From Leucoraja ocellata (taxonomy: Eukaryota), in the NCBI GenBank assembly GCA_036785375.1, contig JAWMAR010000030.1, positions 6,014,001 through 6,078,000 on the forward strand: a stretch of DNA of 64,000 nt. Direction: 5' to 3'. The position numbers and the translations under genes are program-made. Below are positions 61,971-64,000 of the stretch, in pieces; position 1 is the stretch's first letter, and each line of letters opens with the position of its first letter. The notes beneath the pieces were generated by a model. The model ran no database searches. It had not been told where the DNA came from and was given only the letters and a program-made list of their open reading frames with translations.

Positions 61971-63566
61971 GTAGGTAAAGTTAAAATGATCTTATACAGT
62001 TGAAGTTGTGAAATAGTCGTGTACCTCATAGGACAATCATTTGCCATTTCTGAGAACAGCATTCCTAATATTTTTAAGAACATCATAGAATTCTCTGGGT
62101 AATTTGAGCAGCGGAGGTTGCAATACTGGGCAGTGGAGGTTGGAATTGAACCCAGGTCATTCTGCTAGCTGGGCACCACCAAGTTATTTTTATGAGAGCC
62201 TGTCAAGACAGAGTGAAGAATGTTTTATTGTCATGTGCACTGGGAGAGGAATGATGAAATCCTTACTTGCTGCAACTTTACAGGCTTATTCATGTAAGAA
62301 CATAACATAAATGTATAGTATCAAAATACAATCATTTACTTGATGATACTGGATAACCAATAGTGTAACAGACGTATTGTCGAACAAAAACAAAGTCCAT
62401 AGCAGATCATTGCTGAGGTAGGGCTGTGCAGTATGGATCAAAACCCTGATGGGAAGAAGCTATTCTTGAACATGGGTGTTATGGTTCTCGGGCTTCAGAA
62501 CCACCTTCCCAATAGTAGCAGTGAGATGAGTGTGTGACCAGAGTGGTGTAATGCTGGTCAGTGACCAAGAAGAAATTTGTGTCACTGTTGCAACCGCAGG
62601 CCCTGGAGAACACGAGCCGTCTGGGATGATATTAACGTAATTACATGAATTAATGCTTTCAAAAGTACCTGTGCCCCTTGGTGAGGGTGTTGCTTTAATT
62701 CATTTGGCTTTTATTTGCGTGTAAATTCGTGGAATATTTTATTTGCATGAAATTCACCATCTATCGCCTTAGAAAATAAGTGGAATTGTAAGTAAGTGTC
62801 TTTATGTAGGGTCTTTGTGCTAATGTATCCAAAGTTACACTGTTGTTTTGTTTTGTTGGGGTAAATGTATACAAACCGTAATGAAAGATTTAGACTGAAA
62901 TGCGTGCCTTTGAAAAAAGGAACAAGGTTTGAAGAAAGAAATTTGAGAACTTAATTTCATGTGAATAATGATAAGCTCAGAACTGAAGGACCATTAGCAT
63001 TTTGGATGTGATGGGACAAGAGAAGATTGCAAAGAAGACGATATAAACCATGGAGGAACTTGAAAGCAAAGATATTGGACAGCAATCTGGTTATTTGAGA
63101 GGCTATAGAAGTTGAATGGAGCTGGTGAGATGGAGTTGGATGTGGGTCATTACCATAAATGTAGAACTTGCAGTTTCTGCATATCTTATTGAAGTGCATC
63201 ATTTTGATGGTAATCAATTCTGTCCCTTTAGGAATTGATGGGGGGTGCTTTGTCCCTCTCAATTAATGGAGTTCTTTACTATTCTGACTACATTTCTAAA
63301 TTGTCACCACTTTCAGGAAGTAATCCCACTTTTAATTGATATACTAGACAATTTGTGCTGCACTTTTCTCCCTTTTAAATCACAAATGTTCATATCACAA
63401 GCATTTGGTGCCTGGTTAATAATGAAGGCAAGGTGCAAATGCCTGAAATGGTTATGAAATGTATGTAATTCTTTCTGCCTCATTTGTGAACTATATTAAC
63501 TCGCTGGCTGTTTTTACTTTTGTTTCTGTAGGAATCTTTATGACTGTAAATATATTCTATTTTCAG

Positions 63567-63971
63567 GCCCGCCTGCTTCTCGTCCTCCAGCTGCAACTAG
63601 TTTGCCGCCTGTGGGTCCAGCAGCGTATTCTGCAGCGCCTCAGAATATTCCCTCAAGCACACCGCAAGATAATAGCCATCCTCAGCATCCTTTTCCTGGG
63701 CAACCCTCCCCAGTGTCAACCTTCTTGTCTCCTCCCACATCAATAGGTCTTACGGGTGTGATTCATCCTCCTTCAGTTGGAATGCAAAGACCTCCTACGA
63801 TGCATGGACAACCTCTGCCAGGACAGCCTCCATCGGGACCTTATCCACCCCAGCCTAATCACAGATCTTTGGGTCCACAGCCTGGTATGCCAGGACCAAT
63901 CCCTGGTGCTCCAACACAGGGCTTTCAAATGCATCCAGCACCTAATCAGGGATTTGTACCACAACAGAACG
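63567..63971 (+). CDS. SEC24C: SEC24C fourth coding exon (gene continues beyond the window)
   Basis: Acceptor ctattttcag|GC and donor AACG|gtaagc. Pro-rich frame ending QPNH..GFVPQQN(G), like SEC24C ..QPNH..PQQNG. 405 nt, phase 1 to phase 1. Confidence 0.9.
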
Positions 63972-64000
63972 GTAAGCTTTTATGCAATACATAGAACAAA

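Overview
This is eukaryotic genomic DNA, almost certainly from a cartilaginous fish (skate/ray/shark). That assignment is inferred from the CR1/HER1-type LINEs, tRNA- and Deu-type SINEs and Penelope-derived repeats. Two genes lie head-to-head. On the minus strand is synaptopodin-2-like (SYNPO2L/CHAP): four coding exons at 39825-39721, 17282-17131, 16360-15253 and 6576-3620, plus a probable alternative first exon at 13845-13743 giving a PDZ-less short isoform. On the plus strand is the 5' part of SEC24C: a CpG-island promoter and non-coding exon near 42.4 kb, then coding exons at 55384-55555, 59542-59674, 61792-61970 and 63567-63971, continuing beyond the window. SYNPO2L exon 3 carries a 1-nt frameshift near 16021 that truncates only the long isoform; an assembly error is the likeliest cause. 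The protein carries two coding minisatellites: 30 heptads of VMSPPPA and an NPTY/NPxY-rich array. Introns are dense in transposon remnants (CR1, L2, L1, RTE, Penelope, SINEs, hAT and Harbinger-like MITEs), many nested. About 25 Penelope pLTR-derived short repeats carry hammerhead-ribozyme-like cores, and one copy in SYNPO2L intron 3 (7354-7394, sense strand) keeps all catalytic core nucleotides and a 6-bp stem I. Both genes have uORFs just upstream of the start codon. All calls were made by eye, without database searches.
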